A DNA stretch of 64,000 nt from Hemiscyllium ocellatum (lineage: Eukaryota). Shown piece by piece: positions 1-13,889 of the stretch (positions are counted from its first letter, which is position 1; each line of letters starts with the position of its first letter). Under the pieces are notes generated by a model. It was not told where the DNA came from, ran no database searches, and worked only from the letters and a program-made list of their open reading frames with translations. The DNA lies in contig NC_083402.1 in the NCBI RefSeq assembly GCF_020745735.1, forward strand, positions 148,408,527-148,472,526, written 5' to 3'. Position numbers and translations under genes: made by a program.

Positions 1-257
1 TCGCTCAACATCGAAATAGCCCAAGTTTAACTCCTCAAAGATTTTGAGGGAGTTGCTTTCGAACAGAATTTAAAAAAAACATTTGAATTAGTTTTAAAAT
101 GTATTAATGTTTAACCACTGCTTCTTACCACGAGCTGGAAATTGTCGTTGACTTTGTTTCCAATGCTCAGTTTTCTCTCACCTTCACTTTGTCTGACATA
201 ACACTTCCTGAACTTCCTTGTCTCCAAATCTGGGCAAGAAACTAATGTTTATTACAA

Positions 258-1545
258 GTCATAGAGTCATAGAGATGTACAGCACAGAAACAGACCCTTT
301 GGTCCAACCCATCCACGCCGACCAGATACCCCAACCCAATCTAGTCCCATCTGCCAGCACCCGGCCCATATTCCTCCATATCCTTCCTATTCATGTACCC
401 ATCCAAATGCCGCTTAAATGTTGCAATTGTACCAGCCTCCACCACATCCTCTGGCAGCTTATTCCATACATGTACCACTCTCTGTGTGAAAAAGTTGCCC
501 CTGAGGTCTCTTTTATATCTTTCCCCTCTCACACTAAACCTATGCCCTCTACTTCTGGACTCCCCAACCCCAGGGAAAAGACTTTGCCTATTTACCCTAT
601 TCATTCCCCCTCATAATTTTGTAAACCTCGAAAATGTCACCCCTCAGCCTCCAACGCTCCAGGGAAAACAGCCCCAGCCTGTTCAGCCTCTCCTTGTAAC
701 TCAAATCCTCCAACCCTGGCAACATCCTTGTAAATCTTTTCTGAACCCTTTCAAGTTTCACAACATCTTTCTGATAGGAAGGAGATCAGAATTGCATGCA
801 ATATCTGAACAGTAGCCTAATCAATGTCCTATACAGCCGCAACATGACCTCCCAACTCCTGTATTCAATATTCTGATCAATAAAGGAAAGCATATCAAAA
901 GCTTTCTTCACTATCCCATCTACCTGTGACTCCACTTTCAAGGAGCTATGAACCTGCACTCCAAAGTCCCTTTATTTAGCAACTTCCCTAGGACCTTACC
1001 ATTAAGTGTATAAGTCCTGCTAAGATTTACTTTCCCAAAATGCAGCACCTTGCATTTATCTGAATTAAAATCCATCTGCCACTTCTCAGCCCATTGGCCC
1101 ATCTGGTCCAGATCCTGTTGTAATCTGAGGTAACCCTCTTTGCTGTCCACTACACCTCCAATTTTGGTATCATCTGCAAACTTACTAATTGTACCTCTTA
1201 TGCTCACTTCCAAATCATTTATGTAAATGACAAAAAGTAGAGGACATAGCACCGATCCTTGTGGCACTCCACTGGTCACAGGCCTCCAGTCTGAAAAACA
1301 GCTCTCCACCACCACCCTCTGTCTTCTACCTTTGAGCTAGTTCTGTATCCAAATGGCTAGTTCTCCCTGTATTCCATGAGATCTAACCTTGCTAACCAGT
1401 CTCCCATGGGGAACCTTGTTGAACGCTCTACTGAAGTCCATATAGATCACATCTAACGCTCTGCCCTCATCAATTCTCTTTGTTACTTCCTCAAAAAACT
1501 CAATCAAGTTTGTGAGACATGTTTTCCCATGCACAAAGCCATGTT
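258..1545 (-). mobile_element. CR1-type LINE, 3' part (decayed RT)
   Basis: ORFs with VTSGVPQGSVL, KFADDTKIGG, HGFVHGKTCLTNLIEFFEEV; short tandem tail near 258-275. Confidence 0.9.
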
Positions 1546-2149
1546 GTTGTTCTGTGTTTTGTTTCAATCATTGAATTGTGTTTTCTTTCTTTACCTTTTT
1601 CTGTTGGTTACCTTTGTACCCTCCATTTCAAAGCGTGCCAAGTTATTCCTTCTCACTCCTGGGCCCATTATGTCCACATACCAACTTATTCTAATTTCTG
1701 CCAATTTCTGACGCCCAATAACCCTTATAATGTCTGATATCCAACACCACTGTCCTTTAGATCTTCAACATCAACTCATGCCTATTTACCCAGGATTCAC
1801 CCCCAGCAGATTTCAGGAGCCATGTGGAGATGAAATCAAATTAAGTTCTACCGTTTTGATGCAGATTTCACTATACAGATTTTTTTTTAAAGGCTCCTAT
1901 TTGAAAAAAAAACTCCATTTGATGCATTTTTATATCTAAAGTGATTAATCTCAGAAGAAAATGAAATCATATTCATAAACCACAAAGATAGCTCTTTAAC
2001 GTCTCAATCAATGTGAATCTCTCTTAATGTGAATTCAGAATACCTTGCTGAGATATTTTCATTTCTAAACATCAACCAAATATTCATTATAAAATCAGCC
2101 TTGAGGGACACATCGACAGTCAACTATTGAAACTTCAAATACTTGGATC

Positions 2150-2385
2150 AACAGATTCAAGAACAGCTTCTTCCCTGCTGTTATCAGACTTCTGAATGGA
2201 CCTTTCAAATTTCAAATTTAATGTTGACCTCGCTCTGCAGGCACTTTCTCTACAGCTGTAACATTGCATTCTTCACTCTGTTCTATGAACCCTTCTGCAC
2301 TGTATTTGGTATGTTCTGCCCGTACTGTACATAAAACAAAGCTTTTCACTGAACCTGGGTACGTGACAATAAGAAATCAAACAAA
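2150..2385 (+). mobile_element. 3' end of a Rex1/Babar-like LINE
   Basis: Encodes RFKNSFFPAVIRLLN-like C-terminus followed by an A-rich tail. Confidence 0.5.
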
Positions 2386-3019
2386 AAAATACATAAGGGG
2401 TTGGGATTACTTTCACATTTGAGAAACAACTGGTGGTGTTTCAACCTGAGGGTCACTTCACCTCAGCTGGGGGGAGTGGTAGAGAAAGAGAATCCATCAG
2501 GACAGCCTCAGCAGGGATTGAACCAACCATCCAGCCAACTGAGCTAACCAGCCTCCAACTTTGTGTATATAATTAGATGAAAATTAAGGAATGAGATTAA
2601 TGAGGAATTGGAGAAAGGATTAATGGATATAATATATATATATTTATTAACCAGCACCTGTAGGACCAGGAGCTTACCAGTTGATCAAATATTCTCATTG
2701 GCCAAGAGATTCACATGTTCAATGGAAAAAACACACACTAAGCAACAGAAACATAATGCAGGCAGTATACACATCATAGTTATACTTTATTTACCGCATA
2801 AATTGGCAGAGAGCCTTCTCAGTCGCACCATTAACTGACTACTTGGAGACCGCAGAGATTGTTATAATACAGTAAAATTCTGGCATTTCAGGTATATAAT
2901 TTTGACTGGCTTATCAAGAGCGCTGTTTCATAAGGTGCTGGTTAAAACAAGGTTTGTTGCACTAAAAATATCAGCTTCAAATAATGCAATTTAAATGTTT
3001 AAAAAAAACACTGTTAAGT

Positions 3020-3675
3020 TCAACAGGCAAATGGAATGTTGGCCTTTATTTCAAAGAGAGTAGAGTGTAAGAGTAGGAAGGTTGTGCTGAAACTATACAA
3101 GACACTAACAAGACCACAACTGGAATACAGTGCACAGTTTTGGGCCTTTTATCTGTAGAAAGGTATATTGGCATTGGGGGCAGTCCAGAGAAGGTTCACT
3201 TAGCTGATACCATGTATGGAGGGACTGCCTTATGAGGAGAGGTTGGTAGATTGGGCCTGGACCTAGTGAAATTTAGAAGACTGAGAGGCTACCTTATTGA
3301 AACATACAAGATTCTTTGAGGCCTTGACAGCGTGGATGGAGAAAGGTTGTTTTCCCCTGTGGGAGAGTCTAGCATCAAAGGGCATAAGCTCGGAATAAAT
3401 GGTCATACATGTAAGACAGAGATGAGGAGGACTTTCTTTTTTGAGCGGAGTGAATCAATGAAATTCTTTACCACAGAGTGCTGTTGAGGTGCGATCATTG
3501 AGTATATTCGAGGCTGAAAGAGACAGAGTTTTAATCCGTAAGGGAGTCACAGGTTATGGGGAAAAGGCAGGAAAGTGGAGTTGAAGATTATTACATCAAC
3601 AATTACCGTATTGAATGGTGGGGCAGAACTGATGGATTTAATGGCCTGTTTCTACTGCCATGCCTTATGGTCTTA
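3020..3675 (+). mobile_element. CR1 LINE 3' fragment
   Basis: LYKTLxRPQLEYSAQFW-like coding remnant and CR1 3' UTR ending cttatggtctta. Confidence 0.8.
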
Positions 3676-5291
3676 AAATAATTAGAAAACATGGCATTAA
3701 GATGACATTACAGTTACTATCTGTATGTCTGCTGCAAATCCATGCTAAAAACATGAATTAAGTTAAGGTAGGAGTGGAAGGGAAGGGTACTGTTTTCTAA
3801 AACAAAAAGAAAAATATTTGTTTTCTCATGCAGAAACTTATTGACACCTGTACATTTTACAGCATTGATTAACTCATCACTTAGAAGTGAATTCTCTTTT
3901 CTTCCTTCCAGCCAATGTTGCTACACCTTAAAACATTCTTTATTTATTGACAATTTATATGGCAAAGTATTTGCATAGGTAGGCTGATATTTAATATTTG
4001 ATCATTGCAACAATCCTTAACAATGATTTACCTGTGTAAGTGTGTAGACATCAGAAAGATCAACACATTTTCAGTTCAGATTAGAGTCAATAGCTCAGCT
4101 TATGATGTTTAAACATTATTACCACTTTATGCTTATTGTCTGACATCAATCTGATCAATATTTTTAATTGGTTTTGTATTCATGAAGATGGGACTAGTTG
4201 ATGCAACAACAAACTGCCACTTATGTTTTGAAAGTACTAATGTCATTCAGTTGCGTGAATTGGCATTGAGAACAAGAAGTGGTTTCCCTCGAAGACTATG
4301 CCCCTGCACCTGTGTTCCAGCAATGAGCAAGTGAAACAGCGCAGGTGAAAGCAATATGTGCAATATGGGAACAGTATGTCCAATGGTTAGGTGAATATAA
4401 TTTTTTTGAGGGGAGAGCACTTTACTTATTATACATAGAAATATTGTACATAACATTTTACATTTTTTATTATGTAATGCACTCAGAGGTCAAAGTTAAC
4501 AACTTTTTAAATCTGTTAGTGGGATCTCTTTGCAAGTTTAGCCCTTCAAAGCAAAGTGACAAAGCAGCTTGTAACTTTCTTATTTAGCAACCTCTGTGCT
4601 TTGGCACACACAATACTTCCAGCTTCCCCTAAAATGATTCTAGAGCATCAATCTTGACTTGTGTCACTTCTTGTTACACCTTGTCTAGTGTGGGTGCCTT
4701 ATGTCCTGCTTTTGATATCCAGCTGGGAGAATCATTCATCCATTAGGTATGTGTTTGATACAATTCAAAGTGAGGCCTTTATTTTTGAGGTGTTTGTTCA
4801 CTGAATACGTTCAAACTCCCTTGGTACACAAAGGTCTGGCAAAGACCTGGTCTCAAGGTTGCTGGATTACAGAGACCCAATCTGTATAATATTCAGTAAT
4901 ATGCATTATTAAAATCTGAATTTGTAATATGTTGTACGTTCCCAATTTCATTTTTCCACTTCAAGGTGAGAGGGATTCAATAGGAAGTGTAAAGAATACG
5001 TTTGTTTGGAATATAAACTAGTTAATAGGAAGCTTGGGCACTGCTGTGTTGCAGAGACTACACTAAGTATGTTTTTCTTTTCAGATTTCAAAGGACATGT
5101 ACATTTTGCAGAAGCTGCATTTGATACTTTTGTGAGACAAGATGGCACAAGGTGTTTCTGGGTAGAATATCTGCCTAGCAACAACTTTTGAGTTTTTACA
5201 TTGCAGTCTCTCATGGACCTAAGAGGACATAATTGGACACAGGCATCCTGACAATTTGCAAGCAATGTCATGCATAAATCTCTCTCTAAAT

Positions 5292-5660
5292 AAGACCATA
5301 AGACATAGGAGCGGAAATTACACCATCCACCCAATTGAATTTGCTCTGCCATTCAATCATTGCCTTCTGTGGCAATGAATTCCATAGATTCACCACTCTG
5401 GCTGAAGGAATTTATCCTTATCTCCATTCGAAAAGGTCTTCCCTTTAATCTAAGGCTATGCCTTTGGGTCCTAGTCTTGCCTACCAATGAAAACACCTTC
5501 CCAACATCTACTCTGTCCAGTATTCTGCATGTTCCAATTAGATCCTCCCTCATCCTTCTCAACTCCATTGAGTATAAACCCAGAATTCTCAAATGTTCCT
5601 CATATGTTAACGTTCCTCATTATAGACCCAGAGTCCTCAAACATTCCTCATAGTTTAAGC
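5292..5660 (-). mobile_element. CR1 LINE 3' fragment
   Basis: ORF 5353..5592 (LGLYSMELRRMREDLI...); taagaccataagac tail. Confidence 0.8.
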
Positions 5661-8313
5661 TTTTCCTTCTTGTAAACCAATATTTCAAGAGTCTGAAAAT
5701 AAGACATTCCAACTCAATCAAAGACCTAAGTCCAACTGACTGGCCAAGGAAATGGAAGAAGAAAGAACATTGGAATTCATAAGGATGGAAATGGAAATGG
5801 AACTCAGATTGAATCTAGGTCCAACTGACTTGCTACTGAATCGAGGATCTTCTAGACATCTCTGGATGACAATATGTGATATAATTACGGGAAACCAAAG
5901 AAAAACTGTGAGAAACTCAGCTAATCCACCTTTTGATTTGGACATTTAATCCACAAAATTTATTCCTTTTTTGCCTGTGTTTTCCACCCATCATGTTTCT
6001 CCTTTGTTTTCTGACTCCTCTATCGCATTTGTGAGTAAATAGGTTAAGTTTGTGATATCATACTAATAATCCATCTTTTCACTTGTTAAACGATAAGATA
6101 ACTTATAATCAATAGGATATTTTTGTTTATTGACAAAATGTTATGGGAATTTCCTTTGTCCTAGATAGCAGTCAAAGTCAGGCAAATTCTTAATTAAGTT
6201 TTTAATGGTGTTTTAATTTTGACATTTATACATTTGTGATTGCCCATGGAGTGAAGGGGCTTGATTATCAACTCAATCCTCTGACCAGGTCATGCCATTA
6301 AAAATTAGGGCTCAGTGCTAGGTTTTTGAATGTGGATTACATGGCACTGGACATAGAGGGACAGTATTTAATAAAGGATTAGGGTTTATTGTACTCTAAG
6401 TTAAGATGGGATTGGAAGAGCTAAAACCATTTTCCAAATAGAAGAGGCATCCTTGACTGTTTTACAAGATTTAACTTGGTCTAAATGCAACAGAATTGGC
6501 AAAGGACTTAATGGTGGAAATTCTTTATAAAAGCTGGGAAGGCAGAGATCATTAAGATGATGGCCCAGCGTTTCCTGTTGATACAAATACAACGGGGACC
6601 ACATACACTAAGTGGTGAGTCAACTGTGTTAGCGTGAATTAGGTTGTGAGTAAGACAGCATGAGCACAAGAAAGAAATAAAGCAGCTAATGAAATGGAAA
6701 AGGAAAGAACTTCAGAATTCATTAGGATGGAAAGTGAAATGGAACTTAGAGAATTTGATAATTAAAGGTACTGAAAAGGAATAATTATTTTGCGGAGTGG
6801 ATAAAGACTGAGAAAGACTAGTGAAGAGACTGGAATTAACATTGCAAAGAATAAGAGGAGTGGGACAAGTGAGAAGGAGAGAAAGAAAGGGACTTTCACT
6901 TTAGAAAACAGTTCTGTAAAGAGACTTCAGATGTAGAAGAAAATATTGATGAGGAAAACCATATCAATAAACTAAAGTCCCATAAGAAAATGTTTAAATT
7001 TGCACAGATCTTACTAAATTGACATAGGGAAGAATAAAAGGTATTGAGGTGTTGACAGTCTTAAAGGTGGCTGCATCTCCAAGTCTAGATGAATTACATC
7101 CCTGGCTGCTATGGGACGTAGGGAGGAAATTGCAGGGTTACTGACCCAAATTTTTAATTCCTCCCTGACCATGGGGGAGATGCCAAAGGACCAGACAATA
7201 ACTAATGTGATTCCCATATTTAAGAAGGGTTGTACAGATAGGTCAGTGGTGGGAAACTATTAGAGAAAATTCTAAAAGAAAGCATCTATCTCCACTTGGG
7301 AAGGCTTGATAGAGATAGTCAGCGTGGCTTTGTCAGAGGGAGGTCATGCCTAACAAGTTTGATTGAATTTTTTGGGAAGGTGACCAGATATCTAGATGAA
7401 AGCAGTGTGGTTACTGTAGTCTATATGGATTTCAGCAATGCCTTTGATAAGATCCCATGAAAGAGACTTATCAAGAAGGCAAATGCACAAAGGATGCAGG
7501 GTAATTAAATGAAGTGGATTCAAAATTATCTCAGTTGTAGGAGACAGAAGGTGATGACAGATGGCAGCTTTAGTAACTCCATAGGCATCTGCGCTGGGTC
7601 ACCTATTACTCGTCATTTATGTAATGCACATATATTCCTATAAATAGATGACCATATGGGGATTGGATTAGTAAGTGTGCAGATGACCCAAAGATTAGTT
7701 GGGTGGTTAACAATGAGTTTGATTGTCTTCAGTTATAAGAAGATATAAATGGATGGTTAAATGGGCAGATAAGTAGCTGATGGTATTTTCAGAATGATTA
7801 GCCTAACCTTACTTGTGGGTAAGATCTGAGAATCCATCGTGAAGGATGAGTTTTATGAATATTTGGAAAAGTATGGTAAAATAGGGTAAAGTAGGCATAG
7901 TTTCATCAAGGGGAGGTCATGTCTGACAACTCTGCTAGAATTCTTTGAGGAAGTAATAAGCAGGTTGGACCAAGGAGAGCCAATAGATGTTATCTATCGA
8001 GACTTCAAGAAGACCTTTGTCAAGGTGCTGCACAGGAGGCTACTGAGGAGTAGGGTCCATGGAGTTAGAGGCAAGGTGTTACCATGGATAGAAGCTTGGT
8101 TGTCTGGCAAAAAGCAGAGAGTGGGATTAAGGGTCCTTCTCAGGATGGCAGCTGATGACAAGTGGCAAGGCTCAGTGTTGGGACCATAACTTTTCACTTT
8201 ATACATGAACCATTTAGATAAAGGAACTGAAAGTGTCATGGCTAAGTTTGCAGATGATACAAAGATAGGTAGAGGGACAGGTAGCATTGAGGAGGTGGGG
8301 AGGCTGCAGAAGG

Positions 8314-8427
8314 GGCTTATGCTCGAAACGTCGAATTCTCTATTCCTGAGATGCTGCCTGGCCTGCTGTGCTTTGACCAGCAACACATTTGCAGCTGTGA
8401 TCTCCAGCATCTGCAGACTTTATTATT
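8314..8427 (+). mobile_element. Short Penelope-like element terminal repeat inserted in CR1
   Basis: Same family as 40669-40893; flanked by 9-bp direct repeat tgcagaagg (8305-8313, 8428-8436). Confidence 0.75.
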
Positions 8428-9952
8428 TGCAGAAGGATTTGGACAGGTTAGGAGAATGGGCAAAGAAGTGACAGATGGAGTACAACATGGGTAAGTGAGA
8501 GATCATGCACTTTGGTAGGAAACATAGAGGCATGGACTATTTTCTAAACGGGGAGAGAATTCAGAAGTCTGAAGTGCAAAGAGACTTGAGAGTTCTAGTC
8601 TGGGATTCTTTTAAGGTAAACTTACAGTTTGAATCAGTAGTTTGGAAGGCAAGTGCAATGATGGCATTTATTTTGAGAGAACTTAAATATAAAAGCAGGG
8701 ACGTACTTCTGAGACTCTATAAGGCTCTGGTCAGACCACAAGTGGAGTATTGTGCACAGTTTTGGGCCCCGTATCTCAGGAAGGATATACTGGCCCTGGA
8801 GTGTGTTCAGAGGACGTTTAAGAGAATGGTCCCAGGAATGAAAAACTTAACATATGAGGAATGTTTGAGGACTCTGGATCTATACTTGATGGAGTTTAAA
8901 AGGATGAGAGGGGATCTAATTGAAACTTATAGAATACTGAATGACCTGGACAGAGTAGATGTTGGGAAGATTTTTCCATTGGTAGGAGAGACTAGGACCC
9001 CAGGGCACAACCAGAGTAAAGGGAAGACCTTTCAGAATGGAGATAAGGAGAAACTTCTTGAGCCAGAGAGTAGTGAATCTATGGAACTCATTGCCACAGA
9101 AGGCTGTGGAGGGCAGGTCATTGAGTATATTTAAGACTAAGATAGGCAGGTTCTTGAGTATGAAAGGGACCAGGGTTACTGGGAGAAAGTGGGAGAATAG
9201 GGTTTAGAAACGTATCAACCATGATTGAATGGTAGAGCAGACTTGATGGGCTGAATGGCCTAGTTTCTACTCCTATGCTTTATGGTCTTATGGTAATTAC
9301 CTCTGAAAAGTATGAGGTGATACACTTTGGAAGGAGGAATTTGACAAGGAAGTATTTAGCGAGCAGCATGGCACTATGAAGTTCTGTGCAACAAAGGGTC
9401 CTTGGTGTGTTTGTTCATAGATTTCTGAAGGTGGGAGGGTATATTAGTAGGGTGGTAAAAAAGGCATATAGGATATTTCCCTTTATCAATCGATGCATAG
9501 ATTACACAAGCTCCATACATATGATGGAGTTATATAGACCTTTGGTGAGGCCACAGCTGGAGTACTGTGTATAGTTCAGGTCACCTCATTACAGGGAGGA
9601 TGTGATTGCACTGGAGAAGAGATTTACCAGGATGCTGCCTTTTTATGATGAAAGGTTGGATCAGCTTTGGCTGTTTTCATTGGAGCAGAAAGACTGAGGG
9701 ATGATCTGATTGAGATGAACAAGATTAAGGGAGCGTAGACAGAAGGGATAAGGGGCAACAGTTCCCCTTAGTTGAAAGGTCAATAATGAGGGGAAATGGT
9801 TTCAAGGTGAGGGAAAGGAGGTTTGGGGGTAATGTGACAAGAAACATTTTTACCCAGAGGGTGGTGATGTTCTGAAATGCACAATCTGAGTGGTATGGGG
9901 TGGGTTGCCTCATGTCCTTTAATAGGTACATGGATGTGCACTTGGCAACATC

Positions 9953-10041
9953 ATCCTGAAGAAGGGCTCATGCCCGAAACGTCGATTCTCCTGCTCCTTG
10001 GATGCTGCCTGACCTGCTGCGCTTTTCCAGCAACACATTTT
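9953..10041 (+). mobile_element. Short Penelope-like terminal repeat with hammerhead-type core
   Basis: ATC-CTGAAGA-A-GGGC TCAT GCCC-GAAAC-GTC-GAT; flanked by caacatcat (9946-9954, 10042-10050). Confidence 0.72.
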
Positions 10042-10429
10042 CAACATCATAATATTCAAGACCATGGGCCAAAAGATGGTCACTAGGTTTAGGCTGAAGG
10101 TCAGCTGTTCCTCACATGTCAATGCAGGCTCAATAGATGTCTTCTGCATTGTATGATTCTGTGATTCTGTGAGCAAAAGGCCCAGGCATGCTGCCTGCTC
10201 CAGACCATGAGCTGGGAATGTGTCCCTGAGTGCAAAATATTCAACAACGACAATACTGTGGGTACAACCCAGGGTGCAGCATTGAAGTGCAGAGACGATG
10301 TTTAGATGGATTCAAAGTTGTGTTCTGAGGGTTCTTAGAGGTTGGCACATGGATTTGGGGTGCCCATGTGGTCAGTGCCCATGAAGTGTGCCATGAGATG
10401 ATGCTGCGCTGTGGGGCCTTTTCGATTAC

Positions 10430-11790
10430 ACTCCTGTCTTGTGCCTTGTAGATGGTAAACAGGCTCTGGTGAGTCAGGAGGTGAATCGCTCATTGCAGGT
10501 TAGATTCCTAGCTTCAAATCTGCCCTTTTAGCTACTGTACTGATATAGCAAGTCCAATACAGTTTCTGGTCAATGGTGACTCCCCAGGATGGTGATTTTG
10601 AGGGATTCAGTGATGGTAATGCCAATGAAGGTCAAGGGCTGCTGGTTAGATTGTTTCTGATGGGAGATGGACATGGCCTGGCGTTTGTGCGTTGCGAATG
10701 TTACTTGCCACTTGTCAGGCCAAGCCTGGAACTTGGACATGGACTGTTTCAGTGTCTGAGGAACTGCAAACGATGCTGAATATTGTGTAATCATCAACAA
10801 ACAGAAGCAACTGAAAATGAATGGGCCTAAGATACAACCTGATGAGCTCCTGTCTGGGAGCTGAGCTGACTGACCTCCATCAACAACAACCATCTTTATC
10901 TGTACCAGGAATGACTCTAACAGTGGGAGATTTTACCCCTGATACCCACTGATTCCAGTTTATCTCAGGCTCCTTGACAACACACTCAGTCAAATGCTGC
11001 CTTGATGTTGAGTGCAATTTGAACCAAGGCTGGAATGAGGTCAGGAGCTGAGTGGCCCTGGTGGAACCCAACATCGGAGTCACTGAGGGGCAGAATGGAG
11101 GGGAGAGAGTTGTTGGACTGGGGTCTGATGCAGACAGTTAGCGGCTTGCGAGGCTGTTCAGACCATGTGTGGAAGCCTTCTGTGCTGACCTATTGCGATG
11201 TAATGCTTATCTGTAATCTGTTTCTCTGGCTTTAATGTTTATCGTTTTAATTCCTATTTTCTAAGTTCTAAAGTAATGTAACATTTTTTCTTTATTTCTC
11301 TATTTGGTATGTAAGGTTCGTACCTCAGTACCTGGCACCTAAGATGGATTTGTAAACTTTTCACCATACTCCTGTACTCGACTCCATGTGGCAATAAATC
11401 TAAATCTAATTCTAATTCTGAACAGGTTATTACTGATCGGGTGCTGTTTTGAGAGTACAGTTGGTGACACCTTACACTGCTTTACTGATGATCAGGAGTA
11501 GACTAATGGGACGGTAATTAGCTGAGTTGGATTTCTCCTGGTTTTTGTGTATCAGGTATAGCGAGGCGATTGTTGTGTAAACACCAGTGTTGAAACTCAC
11601 TGGAACAGCTTGGCTAGGGGAGTGGCAAGTCCATTATCCAGCGCCTCCAATGGTTTCTTGCTATCACATGGAGTGAATTGAATGGAATACTAGTAATTGA
11701 ATTAATGCTGGGGACCACTGGAGCGAGCCATGATGGATCAAACACTTGGCACTTCTGCCTGAAGGTTGCTGCAAATGCTTTGGACTTACT
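10430..11790 (-). mobile_element. Decayed LINE (CR1/L2 clade) interrupted by another repeat at ~11070-11415
   Basis: Minus-strand RT-like remnants (MVVVDGGQS...ILGPFIFSCF...WPDKWQVTFATHK). Confidence 0.6.
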
Positions 11791-12199
11791 TTCTATACTG
11801 AGCAAAAATAAAATCACAGAGGGTTTAGGAAGATTAGAACGAGACAGCTCTGACAAGAAGAGTTGGTGATGGGACCACTGATCACTAGAGGCTGTCACCA
11901 TTGGAATTGCTGGGAGATGTCATGGGATTTATGGATGTATGGAGGATTGGTGCTCAGGTTCGAAGGTCTGTCCTTGAGACAAGCCGGGGAACAGAACAGG
12001 AGGGTGGAAGGGAGAGATTGGAGGGCTTTGCAATGTGCGACCAAGCATACTCTCTCATCACATCTTATCAAAACTTGCTTATTCATTACCAAGCCTGTCC
12101 CTAAGGCATCTCTCATGTCTTACTATGTGTCAATCCCAAAACAATTCACCACTCAGCAGATATCCCGGACTCCACTGGCATGCCTTATGCCTATTCCAT

Positions 12200-12680
12200 C
12201 TCTAAAAACCTGGAGTGTCCCTGACAAAGACTGGCAGTCTGGAGCTGGCCTGCACTGGGAGGAATTGGTGCCCCGCTTTGTGGGCAGGAACATGAAGCTC
12301 CTGCTGGACAAAGTGTCTCTGGCACTCACACTATCTCTGCTGTCTCTGGCACTCACACTCTCTCTGCGCATGTACCTATCTTCCACCAAAGCTCATGTTC
12401 TGCCACTCTCAGTATTGCCTGCAGTATCTTCCCTCTCGCTGTCACCCACCCCAACCCTCAACAACACTCACCCTCCATGCCCTCTGTGCTGCATATTCAC
12501 TGACTCGGGAACACCTCCCCACCTGCAGCACAGTAACACTTGCATCTCTCTTCATACGCCCTTCTTTTCATTTCAGGAGGAAAGCAGCACACAATAGGGC
12601 AGAAAGAATCAAGACTTGTGATGTGCTGCCCAGCATCCTTTATGTGGAGACCATCCTGACTCTGCCCCACGTGACTGACG
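12200..12680 (+). mobile_element. Possible Harbinger-type Myb/SANT-like ORF remnant
   Basis: PRFVGRNMKLLLDKV and, after a pyrimidine tract + cag, KAAHNRAERIKT resemble Myb/SANT proteins of PIF/Harbinger transposons; highly decayed. Confidence 0.35.
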
Positions 12681-13889
12681 ATCCATGTCCCAGTCCTTGG
12701 TCTTGTTTCTGGTGAAACAAGGTGCCTGTTGGAGGCAGATGGAGTTCCAGTTGCGGATGTTTGAGATTTTATCCTATCCCAAGCCTCTCATCTATCGTTT
12801 ATGGGATGTTTCATGGTTTTTGCATCAAATATGTTCGCCAACACAAGCTCCAATAACTTATGTGTCCTAATGCCTCTCTGGATTCTTCTTTTCCTTCTTT
12901 TCCTCTGACTCCTTCCCTTCCCCTAATTCACAACCTGTTGCATATTCCCAATACCCTCTGACTATTCCCTCTCTAACACACAACAATCTATGCTGGGAAA
13001 GTGACTCAAAGTTTTATCCCTTTCACTCTTACAATGAATTTAACGTTCAACACAGTATCGAGATTTTATCCAGTCACCTTTGCCTTCTTTGGACGGGAAT
13101 CCCCTCCTTGATCAATGGACCCTGTCACACATCTCTAGTGTTCTCCATTTCATTATGACTACTCTGCCCAATTACCCATTCTTGATCTTGAGAGGGTGAG
13201 TTAACATTTTATTTCCTCTGAGACCAGATGAGATTCAGATGTCTTTGTTTAAACCTTCATTCACATATGCTTGGGAACTGCCAATAAAATGGGGAGCTGG
13301 AGACAGCACTGATGAAGGATCCTGCCAAAAACATTGACTCTCCTGCTCCTCTGATGTTGCTTGACCTGCTGTGTTTTTCCCAGCTCCATATTTTATCGAC
13401 TCAGACTTTCCAGCATCTGCAGCCCTCACGATCTCCAAGTTGTATGGGAAATATACGAATCCAAAAATGGTGTACAGCTGATTGCAAACATAAAGATTTC
13501 TTTTACAAATTTTTACAGATATCAATCTTCCAATCAAAAGGTTTTACATTTATACACACATCTCACTATATTTTCATATGTACAAGTGACAATAAATTGC
13601 TACTCTATTCATGAAACATCTGAGCACCAACACAGTTGACAGCTCTAACTATGTGATCCCTTGCGATAGCGCTATGTTTGGTTTACCAAATTTGAGGTTT
13701 CAAATGCCTGCAGATTCAGCTTTTTCTCATTCAATCATGGGACTGGACATCACTGGCTCTGCCAGAATTTGTTGCCTATCTGTAATTGTCCCCTGATGTA
13801 GTGTCGAGCTGAAGTCCATTGAACTGCCAGCATTGGGAGAAGGTGTTCCAGGATTTTCATCCATTGTCACATAAAGAATGGTGACGTTT

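Larger units (their letters stand above)
7030..10170 (+). mobile_element. Nested CR1 LINEs (a younger CR1 at ~7790-9293 inside an older CR1)
   Basis: The outer RT remnant breaks at ~7790 and resumes at ~9295. The inner copy has KFADDTKIG, the 209-aa ORF 8505..9134 and its own 3' tail. Confidence 0.8.

Noticed and set aside
4247-4456. Signal-peptide-like stretch (ILLSPALFHLLIAGTQVQG) as first exon of a downstream paralog
   Set aside because: No suitably placed ATG or convincing splice donor.
5085-5191. Plus-strand exon candidate after a strong acceptor (gtttttcttttcag)
   Set aside because: No recognisable protein similarity, no clear donor and no partner exons.
8505-9134. 209-aa and similar ORFs (e.g. 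14519-15055) as functional genes
   Set aside because: Fragments of frameshifted CR1 ORF2.
11863-12597. 244-aa ORF, the longest in the track, as a host gene
   Set aside because: No coherent domain; low-complexity stretch with a ~27-bp tandem duplication; best explained as a decayed transposon.
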